Below, in pieces: positions 19,159 through 28,651 of a stretch of DNA of 64,000 bases; position 1 is the stretch's first letter; the number at the start of each line of letters is the position of its first letter. The translations under genes and the position numbers were made by a program. This stretch comes from a virus: positions 32,001 to 96,000 of the IMG/VR virus record IMGVR_UViG_3300032087_006376; one strand, written 5' to 3'. The notes under the pieces were generated by a model. It saw only the letters and a list, made by a program, of their open reading frames with translations. It did not search any database and was not told the DNA's origin.

Positions 19159-20760
19159 ATGGGGGAACTGCATACCATAGCCAGTAATGGTAATTTAAAT
19201 GTTATAAAGAAAGCGCTTTCTAAAGATAAAGACGCTTTTCTTGCTATTGATGAAGAAATGGGCTGGTCACCGCTTCACTACGCAGCAAATAAAAGCAAAA
19301 CTAAAATTGTAGAAGCTATTTTAGAAGCCGGAGTAGACCCAAATATTCCAAGTGTTCCTCCTCCAAAATACAAACAAAATTCTTGGAATTTAGCTATGGA
19401 GTTAGACGAAGGCAACGTCGATCCCGTTGTTTATCCTCTTGATGTTGCAGACGGACCTTCTCGAACCACTGTATTTAAAACTTTGCTGATGTATGGAGCA
19501 ACTTTTTTTGGTGATGAAATTACTTTGCATCAAGCTGTACAGTTAGATGATATGGATGAAGTTCAGGGGCTACTAGAAGATGAAAGCTTAAGGATTAACG
19601 CTAGAGATAACAGAGGCTGGATGGCAATTCATTATGCTGTAGACCTTGGAAATATGGAGATGCTTAAGGTTTTAATAGCTCATAAAGCTAATGTCAACGG
19701 CTCTACCTACGCAAAAGACGCTACAATGCATTTCAATGCTTGGGAGATAGCTAACCTTAAAAATGACGAGGTAATGCTTAAGTATTTAGAATCCAAAGGG
19801 GCTAAGCGTCACCCCGGCATACAGCAAAATCAAAGAGCTTCATTAAAAAGTCAAACTAAATTATATAACACTTCAAAATCTGACTTAAATATGTCAGCAG
19901 TTAGAGAAAAGCTCAGAGAAAGAGAAGCTTCTTTCAAAAAAGCCCCTAAAGCTCCCGAAGGGTTTCTTGGTAAACTGTTTGAAAATAAACATGATAAAGA
20001 AAAAAGATTAGCTTTAGAAGCTCTTGCTGAAAAAGAAAGATTAAAAGCGGAACAAGAAAAAAAAGAAAAACAAGAAGAACAAGAAAGAAAAAGAAAAGAA
20101 CAGCAAGTTATAAAGTGGGCCGGAGGCGTAGATCCTTTTAAATTAAAAGGTCAGTCAATAACTTATGATCAACAATGTGAGGCACACACTTATTTTATGG
20201 ATATAGTTGGCTATTCTAAAAAAAGTACAACAGAACAAAAACAAGTTTCAGACGAGTTAGTTCGCATTGTTAAAGGAACTGAAAGTTTTCAAAAAGCAGA
20301 TAAAAAAGGTAAATTAATTATTTTACCTACTGGAGACGGCATGGCTTTAGTTTTCTTTGATTCTATTCATACTGCATTTAAATGCGCTATAGATGTAGGC
20401 ATGAGGACTTACAAACACGCTCAGATAGGTTTACGTCACGGCGTTTATACTGGGCCTGTAGTACCCGTTAAAGATATCAATGATAATCCAAATGTGTCTG
20501 GTACAGGAATAAATATGGCTCAACGTTGTATGGACGCAGGAGATAATGATCATATTTTAATATCAGATCATGTTTGTCAGTATGTAAAAGAAACTTCTGT
20601 AGCGGGAATAAAATTTGAGGATTGGGGGCCGGTAGTCGTTAAGCATGGCGCTACAGTACATATGTGGACAGTGTTTGGTCCTAATTTTGGCAGACAAGAG
20701 TTTCCACACTGGAGAGGTGTTAAAAGATTAGAGTATAAAGAAGAGGAAGAAGATCAGTAA
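19159..20760 (+). CDS. Ankyrin-repeat / coiled-coil / class III nucleotidyl cyclase fusion
   Basis: Ankyrin GWSPLHYAA, TLHQAV and GWMAIHYAV; cyclase FMDIVGYS, PTGDGMALVF and GTGINMAQRCMD. Confidence 0.88.
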   Translation: MGELHTIASNGNLNVIKKALSKDKDAFLAIDEEMGWSPLHYAANKSKTKIVEAILEAGVDPNIPSVPPPKYKQNSWNLAMELDEGNVDPVVYPLDVADGPSRTTVFKTLLMYGATFFGDEITLHQAVQLDDMDEVQGLLEDESLRINARDNRGWMAIHYAVDLGNMEMLKVLIAHKANVNGSTYAKDATMHFNAWEIANLKNDEVMLKYLESKGAKRHPGIQQNQRASLKSQTKLYNTSKSDLNMSAVREKLREREASFKKAPKAPEGFLGKLFENKHDKEKRLALEALAEKERLKAEQEKKEKQEEQERKRKEQQVIKWAGGVDPFKLKGQSITYDQQCEAHTYFMDIVGYSKKSTTEQKQVSDELVRIVKGTESFQKADKKGKLIILPTGDGMALVFFDSIHTAFKCAIDVGMRTYKHAQIGLRHGVYTGPVVPVKDINDNPNVSGTGINMAQRCMDAGDNDHILISDHVCQYVKETSVAGIKFEDWGPVVVKHGATVHMWTVFGPNFGRQEFPHWRGVKRLEYKEEEEDQ

Positions 20761-21653
20761 AATAAAATTAAGTGCTCATCTTCTAAAGTTTTTTCAAATT
20801 CTTTTATTTGTATTTTAATATTTACCGCACTGCAATCATTTAATCCACTATAGATATTTATATTTTCTTCATCAACGACAACGTTCATTGGAAATATAAC
20901 TTCATATTGAAAAAATAGATTATTAAAACTCCCAACTCTTCTCCATTCCCATAGTGCCGTTAACAAATCAGGATCACTATATTCTCTACTTGATTCAAAA
21001 AATGGATTTACATAATACCCTATAGGGTTATTTTCTGCATCTAACCTAAGTAAACCTATGTAATATTTCATATGAAGAAAACCAAGAACTACATTGCTAT
21101 GAAACAAGGCATATTTTTTATTATTAACGGTAAAAATATTAGTGCTTAACTTTGGTTTCCCATACTGTTTTCTCCAATATTTAAAGTTTAGTTGTTTTTC
21201 TATCACCACATTCTCTTTTTCATCTATTATTGTATATGGATCTATGTGATAAATGATTTGATTCCAGTTCACGCATTGCCAATTTTTTTCAAAATGAGAT
21301 TTTTGAGTCTGGAAATGAATTATTTTCTCAGAGGTTTTATTATACTTTTTGAATTCTATGTTTTTGATTTTAGAAAAATCACTTTTATACCTTTTGCACG
21401 ATGCAAAACTAATATTTTCACTATCGATAACCCTTGCATCTTCGCACGATATTAAATATTCATCAGACAATTTATGTTTTAGTAGAATATTTTCATTGCC
21501 ATCGATGATATCACTAATAAGAACAGAATTTTCGTATTTAAATTCTCTTCTAAAAATAATAAAATCACCCAAACAAGATGGATTGAAATAATTAAATTCG
21601 CCATCAAACGTTTTTAGAATGTCAACCTCTACATTTTTTAAGTCAAAAATCAT
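20754..21653 (-). CDS. Beta-propeller glycoside hydrolase/phosphorylase-like protein (GH130-like)
   Basis: YFNPS, FEKNW, ALFHS and EVIFPMNVVV...IYSGLNDC match the five-bladed propeller end motif. Confidence 0.5.
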   Translation of the reverse strand: MIFDLKNVEVDILKTFDGEFNYFNPSCLGDFIIFRREFKYENSVLISDIIDGNENILLKHKLSDEYLISCEDARVIDSENISFASCKRYKSDFSKIKNIEFKKYNKTSEKIIHFQTQKSHFEKNWQCVNWNQIIYHIDPYTIIDEKENVVIEKQLNFKYWRKQYGKPKLSTNIFTVNNKKYALFHSNVVLGFLHMKYYIGLLRLDAENNPIGYYVNPFFESSREYSDPDLLTALWEWRRVGSFNNLFFQYEVIFPMNVVVDEENINIYSGLNDCSAVNIKIQIKEFEKTLEDEHLILFY

Positions 21654-21718
21654 AATATAAAAAAACGGTCACCGTTTTACGATGACCGCTGTAAGACTTT
21701 ATTATTACTTCTTTCTAA

Positions 21719-22426
21719 TTAGAAATTCCAGCGTAATCCAGCGGTGGTAACAATGTCTCCGCCAAATTCTTCTGTAGCAAAGTTATAGTTAGCGACATCA
21801 AAGCTGTTGTCAAACCAACCGACTTGGCCAAAAAGTTCCAATTTTTCCCATAAAGTTCTGGAAACGTCAACTTTTGCATTAACTGTATCATAATCAGTTA
21901 GTTGTCCGTATTCAACAGATGGGGTAAGAGTGAAAAAACCGTCGATATCGAAAGACTTCTTCAAGCCAACAATATAACCTCTTTGCGCGAAACCTTGATC
22001 AGATACATTTAAATCATGAGTTCCGATAACGTAAGGGGTGATATACTTGTTATTTAAAGAAAGCGTAATTCTTCCTTCTGTAGAATTAGCTCCCAAGGCA
22101 ACCTGATGCTGAAACACTTGAGCATCTCCCCTTAAAGAAAAACCATCAAAAAGATCAATAGCCTTTCCAATTCCTACATTGCCATGTAATTCGCCAAGTC
22201 CTTCTCCAGCATTTAGCGTAACAGCTCCAACATAAGTGTCGATGCCGTAATACTGAGTTCCAACGTCAACTCCGACAAAGCTCTGAGATCCAGTCTTTGC
22301 CAAACCATTAACGATATAGTTAGATGTGTACCCAGCATTTACGCTTGCCTTAAGCTTAGATTCACCTTCAGCCATAATATTAGCTGAAACAACAATACTT
22401 AGTAATGATAGAATAAACTTATTCAT
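21719..22426 (-). CDS. Outer-membrane beta-barrel protein
   Basis: N-terminal signal peptide, alternating amphipathic strands and a C-terminal aromatic BamA signal (GLRWNF). Confidence 0.75.
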   Translation of the reverse strand: MNKFILSLLSIVVSANIMAEGESKLKASVNAGYTSNYIVNGLAKTGSQSFVGVDVGTQYYGIDTYVGAVTLNAGEGLGELHGNVGIGKAIDLFDGFSLRGDAQVFQHQVALGANSTEGRITLSLNNKYITPYVIGTHDLNVSDQGFAQRGYIVGLKKSFDIDGFFTLTPSVEYGQLTDYDTVNAKVDVSRTLWEKLELFGQVGWFDNSFDVANYNFATEEFGGDIVTTAGLRWNF

Positions 22427-22509
22427 ATGTTCTGTATTTTACACTAAATCTAAAATGATTCAACTTTTTTCTTGCAAGCTAAGTAAAACCAATGTAAATT
22501 AATAAGGAA

Positions 22510-23106
22510 ATGCATAAAAATGCAGATAAAATAACAACTTTATTATTAGACGCGGCGTTTCTCCCCCACTGTTTTATCACAGGTAAAACAGCTTTTTTGC
22601 ATCTTTTGAAGGATTCTGTGCGTTGTTTTGACGCAAAAGACAATTTAATTGATAATAATTACGAATGGTTTAAGAATGAAGGTATAAATTTCTACAAAGA
22701 TCAGCCATTTTTAAGGTCAAAAGAGAGAATTTGGTTCATCCCAACCATAGCAGTATTAAAAAAGAGAACATTCTTTAATTTAAAAATAAATAAACCCAGA
22801 ACTATCAGCTTAAAAAGATTAGCTTTATTATTTAATAATACTTGTCAGATTTGTTTCGAAAAATATGATAGAAATGAATTAACTATAGAACATATTTACC
22901 CCAAATCTAAAGGCGGAATTAGAGAAATAGACAATGTTACGTTATCATGTAAATATTGCAATCAAAAAAAGAAAGATATTTACCCGTTTATGAGCGTAAA
23001 AAACACAGAGATCAAAACAGCCCCGCTTCCGTTACCAGTCTTACCAGATAAAACAGTAAAAATCAGAAAAGAGTGGAATAAATTTTTTATATACAAAAGG
23101 CTATGA
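22510..23106 (+). CDS. HNH endonuclease (McrA-like)
   Basis: CQIC, LTIEHIYPKSKGG, NVTLSCKYCNQKK. Confidence 0.9.
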   Translation: MHKNADKITTLLLDAAFLPHCFITGKTAFLHLLKDSVRCFDAKDNLIDNNYEWFKNEGINFYKDQPFLRSKERIWFIPTIAVLKKRTFFNLKINKPRTISLKRLALLFNNTCQICFEKYDRNELTIEHIYPKSKGGIREIDNVTLSCKYCNQKKKDIYPFMSVKNTEIKTAPLPLPVLPDKTVKIRKEWNKFFIYKRL

Positions 23107-24182
23107 ACGATACGATAATAACTATAGACGCCTTCGCAAACGGCGAGTATAAAAATTCTATGCTTAGAGACTGCATAAAGCAGTTCAAAAAATTTAATCT
23201 TCCTATATTTTTAATTTCTAACTCAGGTATAGATTCAGAAACTCAAGAGTTATTAGATTATTATTTTTTCGATAAAAACGATTTAAAATACACGATAGAC
23301 ATACCCCATCAAGAAATTTTTTGGTGGACAGAAAATAGTGATTTTATGTTCGAAAAAAAAGAACACTTCACTCAACCACATGGATTATCGGTATTAAAAA
23401 ATTTAAATACAACTGTTAGTTTTGTCAAACAACTTGGTTTTAAAAATTTTATTCATTTCGAATGGGATTTTTTTCCTTCAGATGAAATGATAGAAATACT
23501 AAAAAATAAAGTTGAGTCTACTATATCATCTAATAAAAAAGCTTTTTTTTATAAATCTGAAGAATATAGAGACGGCACTTCTGATGATTTAATGTTTTAC
23601 TTTTGGTTTTCTGAAATAGATTTTTGGGAAAAACATTTTGTCAATGTGGAGTCTGAAGAAAAACTGCTGCATTGGTTAAAAGAAAAACATGATATACCTA
23701 ATGCCACTCAAGCGGAAAAAGTTCTATACGCTTCATTCAAAAACGTTTTAGATGAATGCAAAATAACTGAGTTTAAAGAGTTTGAAGAAAATGTTAGAGA
23801 CACATATAGTCGCTCTAATATTATACAAAACGATTTAAATTTCGCCACATTATCTAAAGAGGGAGGCATAGCTTGTCTGGCTCCGGTATACAGGAGCGAT
23901 GAGTTAGACAAAAATACAATTTCTATTTTTTCTTGGAACCGTGGATTTCAAATCATAAATAACATTAAATACAAAATAAAATTCAAAGATAAAGAGATTG
24001 AAATAAATCATTCTGATGTTCCAATAAACTGTTATAAATATGATATAATAGATTTTACAGAAAATGATTTTCCCGTACAAGTTGAAATAGATGATATTTT
24101 TAAATTTTCCTACGAAAAATATTCAGATTTTGACGGCAATCTTTTATTTAAAGATGGAACTAAAAATTACCACACAAACTAA
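23103..24182 (+). CDS. Hypothetical, possibly glycosyltransferase-related
   Basis: 359-aa ORF with a GT-A-like N-terminus (FLISNS, LDYYFFD, FIHFEWD). Confidence 0.4.
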   Translation: MNDTIITIDAFANGEYKNSMLRDCIKQFKKFNLPIFLISNSGIDSETQELLDYYFFDKNDLKYTIDIPHQEIFWWTENSDFMFEKKEHFTQPHGLSVLKNLNTTVSFVKQLGFKNFIHFEWDFFPSDEMIEILKNKVESTISSNKKAFFYKSEEYRDGTSDDLMFYFWFSEIDFWEKHFVNVESEEKLLHWLKEKHDIPNATQAEKVLYASFKNVLDECKITEFKEFEENVRDTYSRSNIIQNDLNFATLSKEGGIACLAPVYRSDELDKNTISIFSWNRGFQIINNIKYKIKFKDKEIEINHSDVPINCYKYDIIDFTENDFPVQVEIDDIFKFSYEKYSDFDGNLLFKDGTKNYHTN

Positions 24183-24187
24183 AATTT

Positions 24188-24385
24188 ATGAACATATCCG
24201 AATTCGAAAGAACTAAACCTAGAGAAACTTATAAATCTATTACAGATTCAATTAAAAAATATAAAAAAATAATTGAGAGCAAACACCCGCCGATGGACGA
24301 TGAAGATGCCGTAGCAATTAGTTTGTGCGAAGAATTTATAGAAGATCTAGTGAAAATAAAAAACAATTTAATCGAAGGAAAATAA
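24188..24385 (+). CDS. Hypothetical protein
   Basis: Short ORF in an operon context. Confidence 0.5.
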   Translation: MNISEFERTKPRETYKSITDSIKKYKKIIESKHPPMDDEDAVAISLCEEFIEDLVKIKNNLIEGK

Positions 24386-25038
24386 TGGGCCAATTAAACG
24401 CAAATACACCATACATACAATGTTATATTAGAAATAAATACATCTTTGGACCGGAAGATGAAGGTTTAACCGAAGGTTATATATTTGGCTGTAAGTCGAT
24501 GATAAATCGACCAATGCATTTTCACTTTCAATGTGAGTTCGGTGCTATTTTCTGGATGATGCCAATTTCTGCTTTTTGCGATGGAAAAGATTATGACAAA
24601 CTTTCTGATGACGAACAAACAAGGCTATCATTGCTTCAGACTTGGGATTGTCAGTCAAATAATATTGCAGTAACCACGTTTGGTTTTCTTCAAAATAAAA
24701 AAGTAGATGTATTATGCCGGGACCACAAATGGAGAAGTGGTAAATATTTATTTACCATAGATGATTACGAAGGTGATTTAAATGAATTAAATATTGGTTA
24801 TTCAAATGATCAGGACAGTAAATGTTATCATTTTCTTCAGATGGATGATGGTAATTTTATGATACCTCCAAACAATCTCCTGAGATGGCACAACCCTGAT
24901 TTTATTGTCCCCTATCCTAAAGATAACATTCCTAAAATAAAACTCTTGACAGACCAGATGAGTTCAGAGTATATTGACAGAACGTACGGCAATAAACCGT
25001 ATTTCTTTTACAACGACAATTCTGAAGAAAAAACTTGA
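24385..25038 (+). CDS. Conserved phage hypothetical protein
   Basis: HFHFQCEFGAIFWMMPISAF and PNN..RW motifs familiar from aquatic phages. ATG at 24385 overlaps the upstream stop. Confidence 0.55.
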   Translation: MGQLNANTPYIQCYIRNKYIFGPEDEGLTEGYIFGCKSMINRPMHFHFQCEFGAIFWMMPISAFCDGKDYDKLSDDEQTRLSLLQTWDCQSNNIAVTTFGFLQNKKVDVLCRDHKWRSGKYLFTIDDYEGDLNELNIGYSNDQDSKCYHFLQMDDGNFMIPPNNLLRWHNPDFIVPYPKDNIPKIKLLTDQMSSEYIDRTYGNKPYFFYNDNSEEKT

Positions 25039-25125
25039 CAAAAACATATGAGCTCATTATTGTGTATTGTGTTATTCATTATCGCTTCACTGTTTGTTGC
25101 GAATAAATGGGAGAACTATTAAATT

Positions 25126-25434
25126 ATGTCTACTAATAATCAATCAGATTGGAAAGAGCGAGAAGTTGGAGCTCTTTGGAAAAAAGTTAGCAGCGGAAAC
25201 AAAGCTAATTATTGCACTGGCTACATTGTTTCTGACGAACTTGGAAGCAAAGTCAAGCAACGTGTAATTATGTTCGCTAATAAAAATAAGTCAAACGAGA
25301 AATCGCCTGATTTTATTATTTATACTTCTAATGAAGTTTCGAATGAAGCTAGCCCATCTTTTCAAAAAGATGTACCTAAATCAGCTTCTACCGAAAAGCA
25401 ACACATGGAAGAAGATAGTATTCCTTCTTTGTGA
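25126..25434 (+). CDS. DUF736-like putative ssDNA-binding protein
   Basis: VGALWKK.S, MFANKNK.NEKSPDF and an acidic low-complexity tail. Confidence 0.5.
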   Translation: MSTNNQSDWKEREVGALWKKVSSGNKANYCTGYIVSDELGSKVKQRVIMFANKNKSNEKSPDFIIYTSNEVSNEASPSFQKDVPKSASTEKQHMEEDSIPSL

Positions 25435-25451
25435 CATTAGAAAAACCCAAG

Positions 25452-25481
25452 AAAAGCCCCTACAATACGTAGGGGCTTTTT
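25452..25481 (+). terminator. Rho-independent terminator
   Basis: AAAAGCCCCTAC / GTAGGGGCTTTT. Confidence 0.85.
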
Positions 25482-25934
25482 ATGTTTTCCGTAGAAAATT
25501 TCAAACCAGTTAAAGACTTAAGCACTTTTGAATCGATGTATTTGAAAGCGCTTGATAAAATCAAAAAAGAATCAGAGCAAAAACGCCAACTGTTTGATTC
25601 CTACAAAAAAAGTTGTGTTTTTAACAAAAGCATTTTTATTTATAAAAAAAATAATGAAACGGTTGGGTTTTGCATGTACGAAAAAACAGAAGACGAATTT
25701 TTCTTGATTTTCGATTACGCAGAAAAAGGAGCAGGAAGAAAATGCAGAACTGAGTTAGTTAATGTGTTAAAAAAAATAACACCTGAATTTAAATTCTTTG
25801 TGAGTAAATCTAATTTTTTATCTAAAAATTCTGTGAAAAAAGTTTACAAAAAACATTTTAACAGTCTCTTTTTAAGGGAGGAAAATGATAACTCAGTCAA
25901 CGGGTATATCATTTACACTGCTATTTTTACTTGA
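25482..25934 (+). CDS. Hypothetical, weak GNAT-like protein
   Basis: FIYKKNNETVGF and KGAGRK resemble degenerate GNAT motifs. Confidence 0.3.
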   Translation: MFSVENFKPVKDLSTFESMYLKALDKIKKESEQKRQLFDSYKKSCVFNKSIFIYKKNNETVGFCMYEKTEDEFFLIFDYAEKGAGRKCRTELVNVLKKITPEFKFFVSKSNFLSKNSVKKVYKKHFNSLFLREENDNSVNGYIIYTAIFT

Positions 25935-25966
25935 CTTAATCTGAATTAATGTTACTTTGATCGTTA

Positions 25967-26917
25967 ATGAAATTAGGATTAGTTTGTATATCAGAATTGC
26001 TGCGAGATAAATCTCCAGAGCTCAAGTTTCAAACAATGACTCGGGCTCAGTTTAACAAGAAAGACAGAGAAGAATCTATTCAAATACTTTCTGGTCGCGT
26101 AGCTCATAACCTCAGAGTTACAATAGAGACTATTAAACACTGCAAAGAAGTTGGCATTAAACACTACAGGCTTTCTTGCAAGTTATTTCCTCTGATCACA
26201 GATCCCACACTTAATTTACAGGTTGAACATTTTCCTAATTACGACGACATTCTAAATTTGTTGAGAGAAATAGGTCGAATTGCCCAGCAACTTCAAATTA
26301 GTTTGTCAATCCATCCTGATCAATTTGTTGTGCTTGGCTCTAACTCAGATGATGTTTGCGCCAAATCAATCGTAGAGTTAAATTTTCATGCATGGGTACT
26401 AGACATGTGCGGTATGCCTAGAGATTACACATGCCCAATTAATATTCATCCTAGTCTTTCTAAATTTGATTCTGTTGAAGGCTTCATGAACAAGCTCATG
26501 AATAATTTTTTCCAGTGCGATCCCGGCGTTAGAGCTAGGCTTGTATTTGAAAACGAAGATAAAGGTTTTTGGAATTGCGCCAACCTTTACGAATATTTTC
26601 ATAATTATACTAAACATACGTTTGGTTTTGCGTTTCCTTTAACTTTTGATAACCTTCATGACGAAGCTAATCCCAGCCTTGATGAAAATGGTAGTAAAAT
26701 TGATATTATTACTTGGGTTATGAAATTTTATCATACTTGGGGTGTCGAGCCAACATTTCATTGGTCAGAAGCTGCAGAGGGAACGGTTCGTAATCATGCT
26801 CGCAATCTAACTAAAGCTCCTGAAGATTTCGGTTTTGATATCACTTGGGAAGTAGAAGTCAAAGGAAAAGACAAAGGATTTCAACATTTGCTTAATAAAA
26901 GTTTGAAATTCAATTGA
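25967..26917 (+). CDS. uvsE: UV-damage endonuclease (UvdE/UvsE)
   Basis: KLGLVC, HYRLSCKLFP, SIHPDQFVVL, LVFENEDK, TFDNLHD. Confidence 0.92.
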   Translation: MKLGLVCISELLRDKSPELKFQTMTRAQFNKKDREESIQILSGRVAHNLRVTIETIKHCKEVGIKHYRLSCKLFPLITDPTLNLQVEHFPNYDDILNLLREIGRIAQQLQISLSIHPDQFVVLGSNSDDVCAKSIVELNFHAWVLDMCGMPRDYTCPINIHPSLSKFDSVEGFMNKLMNNFFQCDPGVRARLVFENEDKGFWNCANLYEYFHNYTKHTFGFAFPLTFDNLHDEANPSLDENGSKIDIITWVMKFYHTWGVEPTFHWSEAAEGTVRNHARNLTKAPEDFGFDITWEVEVKGKDKGFQHLLNKSLKFN

Positions 26918-27097
26918 TGTAATATATTATATTTAGATGAAAAAATGCGAGTTAATTATAACAGACGAAGAGTTTGAAACGTTAAAGCAAATCTTTTCTT
27001 ATGAACCAGATTTTGAGCCAAGATGTAAAGAAGACAGGTTAATTGTAAACCTAATGAAAGACATCTTAGAAACATCTGAAGAATATGTTGACAAAGA

Positions 27098-27370
27098 ATG
27101 AAAGCTTCGTTATATTTAGAAGGAACCAATAAAGGTGCAGAATTTTTTCAAGATTACGAAGGTCAAGAAATCTTGATACAAAGCATATATAAAAACATAC
27201 AAGTCAATTCTCCGCCTTTAGCTGAAATAAGAACTGCAGACGAAAAAATACATACAGTACAGCTAATAGACACAAGATTTATAGATAGTTTTATTTTTCT
27301 TCATTGCTATGTTACAGATAAAGATGGTAACGGAGGAAAAGCCTTATTAAGATTGAAACCAATTAATTAA
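27098..27370 (+). CDS. Hypothetical protein
   Basis: ORF in a + strand operon. Confidence 0.5.
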   Translation: MKASLYLEGTNKGAEFFQDYEGQEILIQSIYKNIQVNSPPLAEIRTADEKIHTVQLIDTRFIDSFIFLHCYVTDKDGNGGKALLRLKPIN

Positions 27371-27378
27371 TTAATGAT

Positions 27379-27651
27379 ATGTCTCATTTAAACACTCAAG
27401 TGGTAAGAACTAACACATCCGCTGCATTGCTATCCGCTATCGGCAGCGCGAAACCTGAAGAAATTGACACTTTGTGGGCAATTCTTAAATACAAGGAAAT
27501 TGGCATTTACCGAAAAGTTAAGTGCATGGCCTCCGTTCTAGGACTTAGTTTTGAAAAAGTTGTAACAGAGCTTCCTAAAGATGATAGTGGCAGAATCCTT
27601 GATTATAAGACTCGCCATCTAATTCACGACACTCTTATTGAAAACTCTTAA
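27379..27651 (+). CDS. Hypothetical protein
   Basis: ORF in a + strand operon. Confidence 0.5.
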   Translation: MSHLNTQVVRTNTSAALLSAIGSAKPEEIDTLWAILKYKEIGIYRKVKCMASVLGLSFEKVVTELPKDDSGRILDYKTRHLIHDTLIENS

Positions 27652-27835
27652 TATGAACGTTAAATATATTGTAAAAGATCGCAGAGGACATTATCAGTCA
27701 GCTTACAATTTAAAGTTAGGCAAACAAAAAGCTTATGATTGGGCTGTTCAGTGCGCTAAATCTGTTAATGGAGTTGTTTATCTTGTTAATGAAGATGAAA
27801 AAACTGAAGAAGAAGTGTTTCGCGTAGCATCTTAA
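27638..27835 (+). CDS. Hypothetical protein
   Basis: ORF in a + strand operon; the start may be slightly downstream. Confidence 0.45.
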   Translation: MKTLNMNVKYIVKDRRGHYQSAYNLKLGKQKAYDWAVQCAKSVNGVVYLVNEDEKTEEEVFRVAS

Positions 27836-27839
27836 TTTA

Positions 27840-27937
27840 ATCGCTATAGTAAAGTATAAGTAATATATAATTCACAAGGTTAATACACTAGATGTATTTC
27901 AGAACCTCATTATAGTTATTTATTTTATTATAGCGAT
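27840..27937 (+). ncRNA. Solo dual-loop stem-loop unit; variable segments CAAGG / GAACC
   Basis: TATAAT-TCA-caagg-TT-AATACA-ctaga-TGTATT-TCA-gaacc-TC-ATTATA, enclosed by an ATCGCTATA/TATAGCGAT stem. Confidence 0.8.
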
Positions 27938-27946
27938 ATTTTTTTC

Positions 27947-28648
27947 ATGAAGTTGTTTGTTCCGCTAATATGTTATAATAGGACATGTCATACAGATTAT
28001 ATGTGGTCTGTATTTCGATTCGTTCATTATTGTGCGCAACAAAAACTAGACGCTACTTTTTATCCTATTTTTTGGGATAGCTTGATAAGCAGAGCAAGAA
28101 ACGCTGCAGCAGCTGAATTTTTAAGCAGCGATGCCACGCACTTATTATTTATTGATGCAGATATTTCTTTTGATCCAGAAGATGTACTCAAACTGATTCA
28201 AAGCAATAAAGACGTTATATGCTCACCTTACCCTAAAAAATACATCAAAGATAATCCTAACGACGGGCGTCCGTTTGAGCCTGTCGATTTTGCTGTATCT
28301 GGTTCCATGAGGAAAGTCTCTGAAAAAGAATATGAGATACAGAGTGTTGCAACAGGATTTCTTTTAATAAAAAGAAACGTATTTGAAAATCTCATTGACA
28401 AGTATCCTGAAATAGAATATGTTAATGATATTGATGGATATGGTCCGGGTAAAGTAATGCATGATTTTTTCAGGGTGCATATAAATCCTAACACTAAAAT
28501 TTATGAAAGTGAAGATTGGGGTTTTTGCACTTTATGGAGAAACATGGGCGGAAAAGTCTATGCAAGAAATGATATAAGTCTGGGTCATTGGGGCTGGAAA
28601 GAATATAAAGGTAATTTTAATAATTGGATTAAAACATTAGAAAAATAA
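27947..28648 (+). CDS. GT-A (family 2-like) glycosyltransferase
   Basis: SLISRARN, THLLFIDADISF, VATGFLLIKR, SEDWGFC, LGHWG. Confidence 0.8.
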   Translation: MKLFVPLICYNRTCHTDYMWSVFRFVHYCAQQKLDATFYPIFWDSLISRARNAAAAEFLSSDATHLLFIDADISFDPEDVLKLIQSNKDVICSPYPKKYIKDNPNDGRPFEPVDFAVSGSMRKVSEKEYEIQSVATGFLLIKRNVFENLIDKYPEIEYVNDIDGYGPGKVMHDFFRVHINPNTKIYESEDWGFCTLWRNMGGKVYARNDISLGHWGWKEYKGNFNNWIKTLEK

Positions 28649-28651
28649 ATT

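Noticed and set aside
22510-23106. HNH gene as part of the guided-nuclease system (TasH-like)
   Set aside because: It has no Nop-like region and no adjacent unit. It is an ordinary stand-alone phage HNH.
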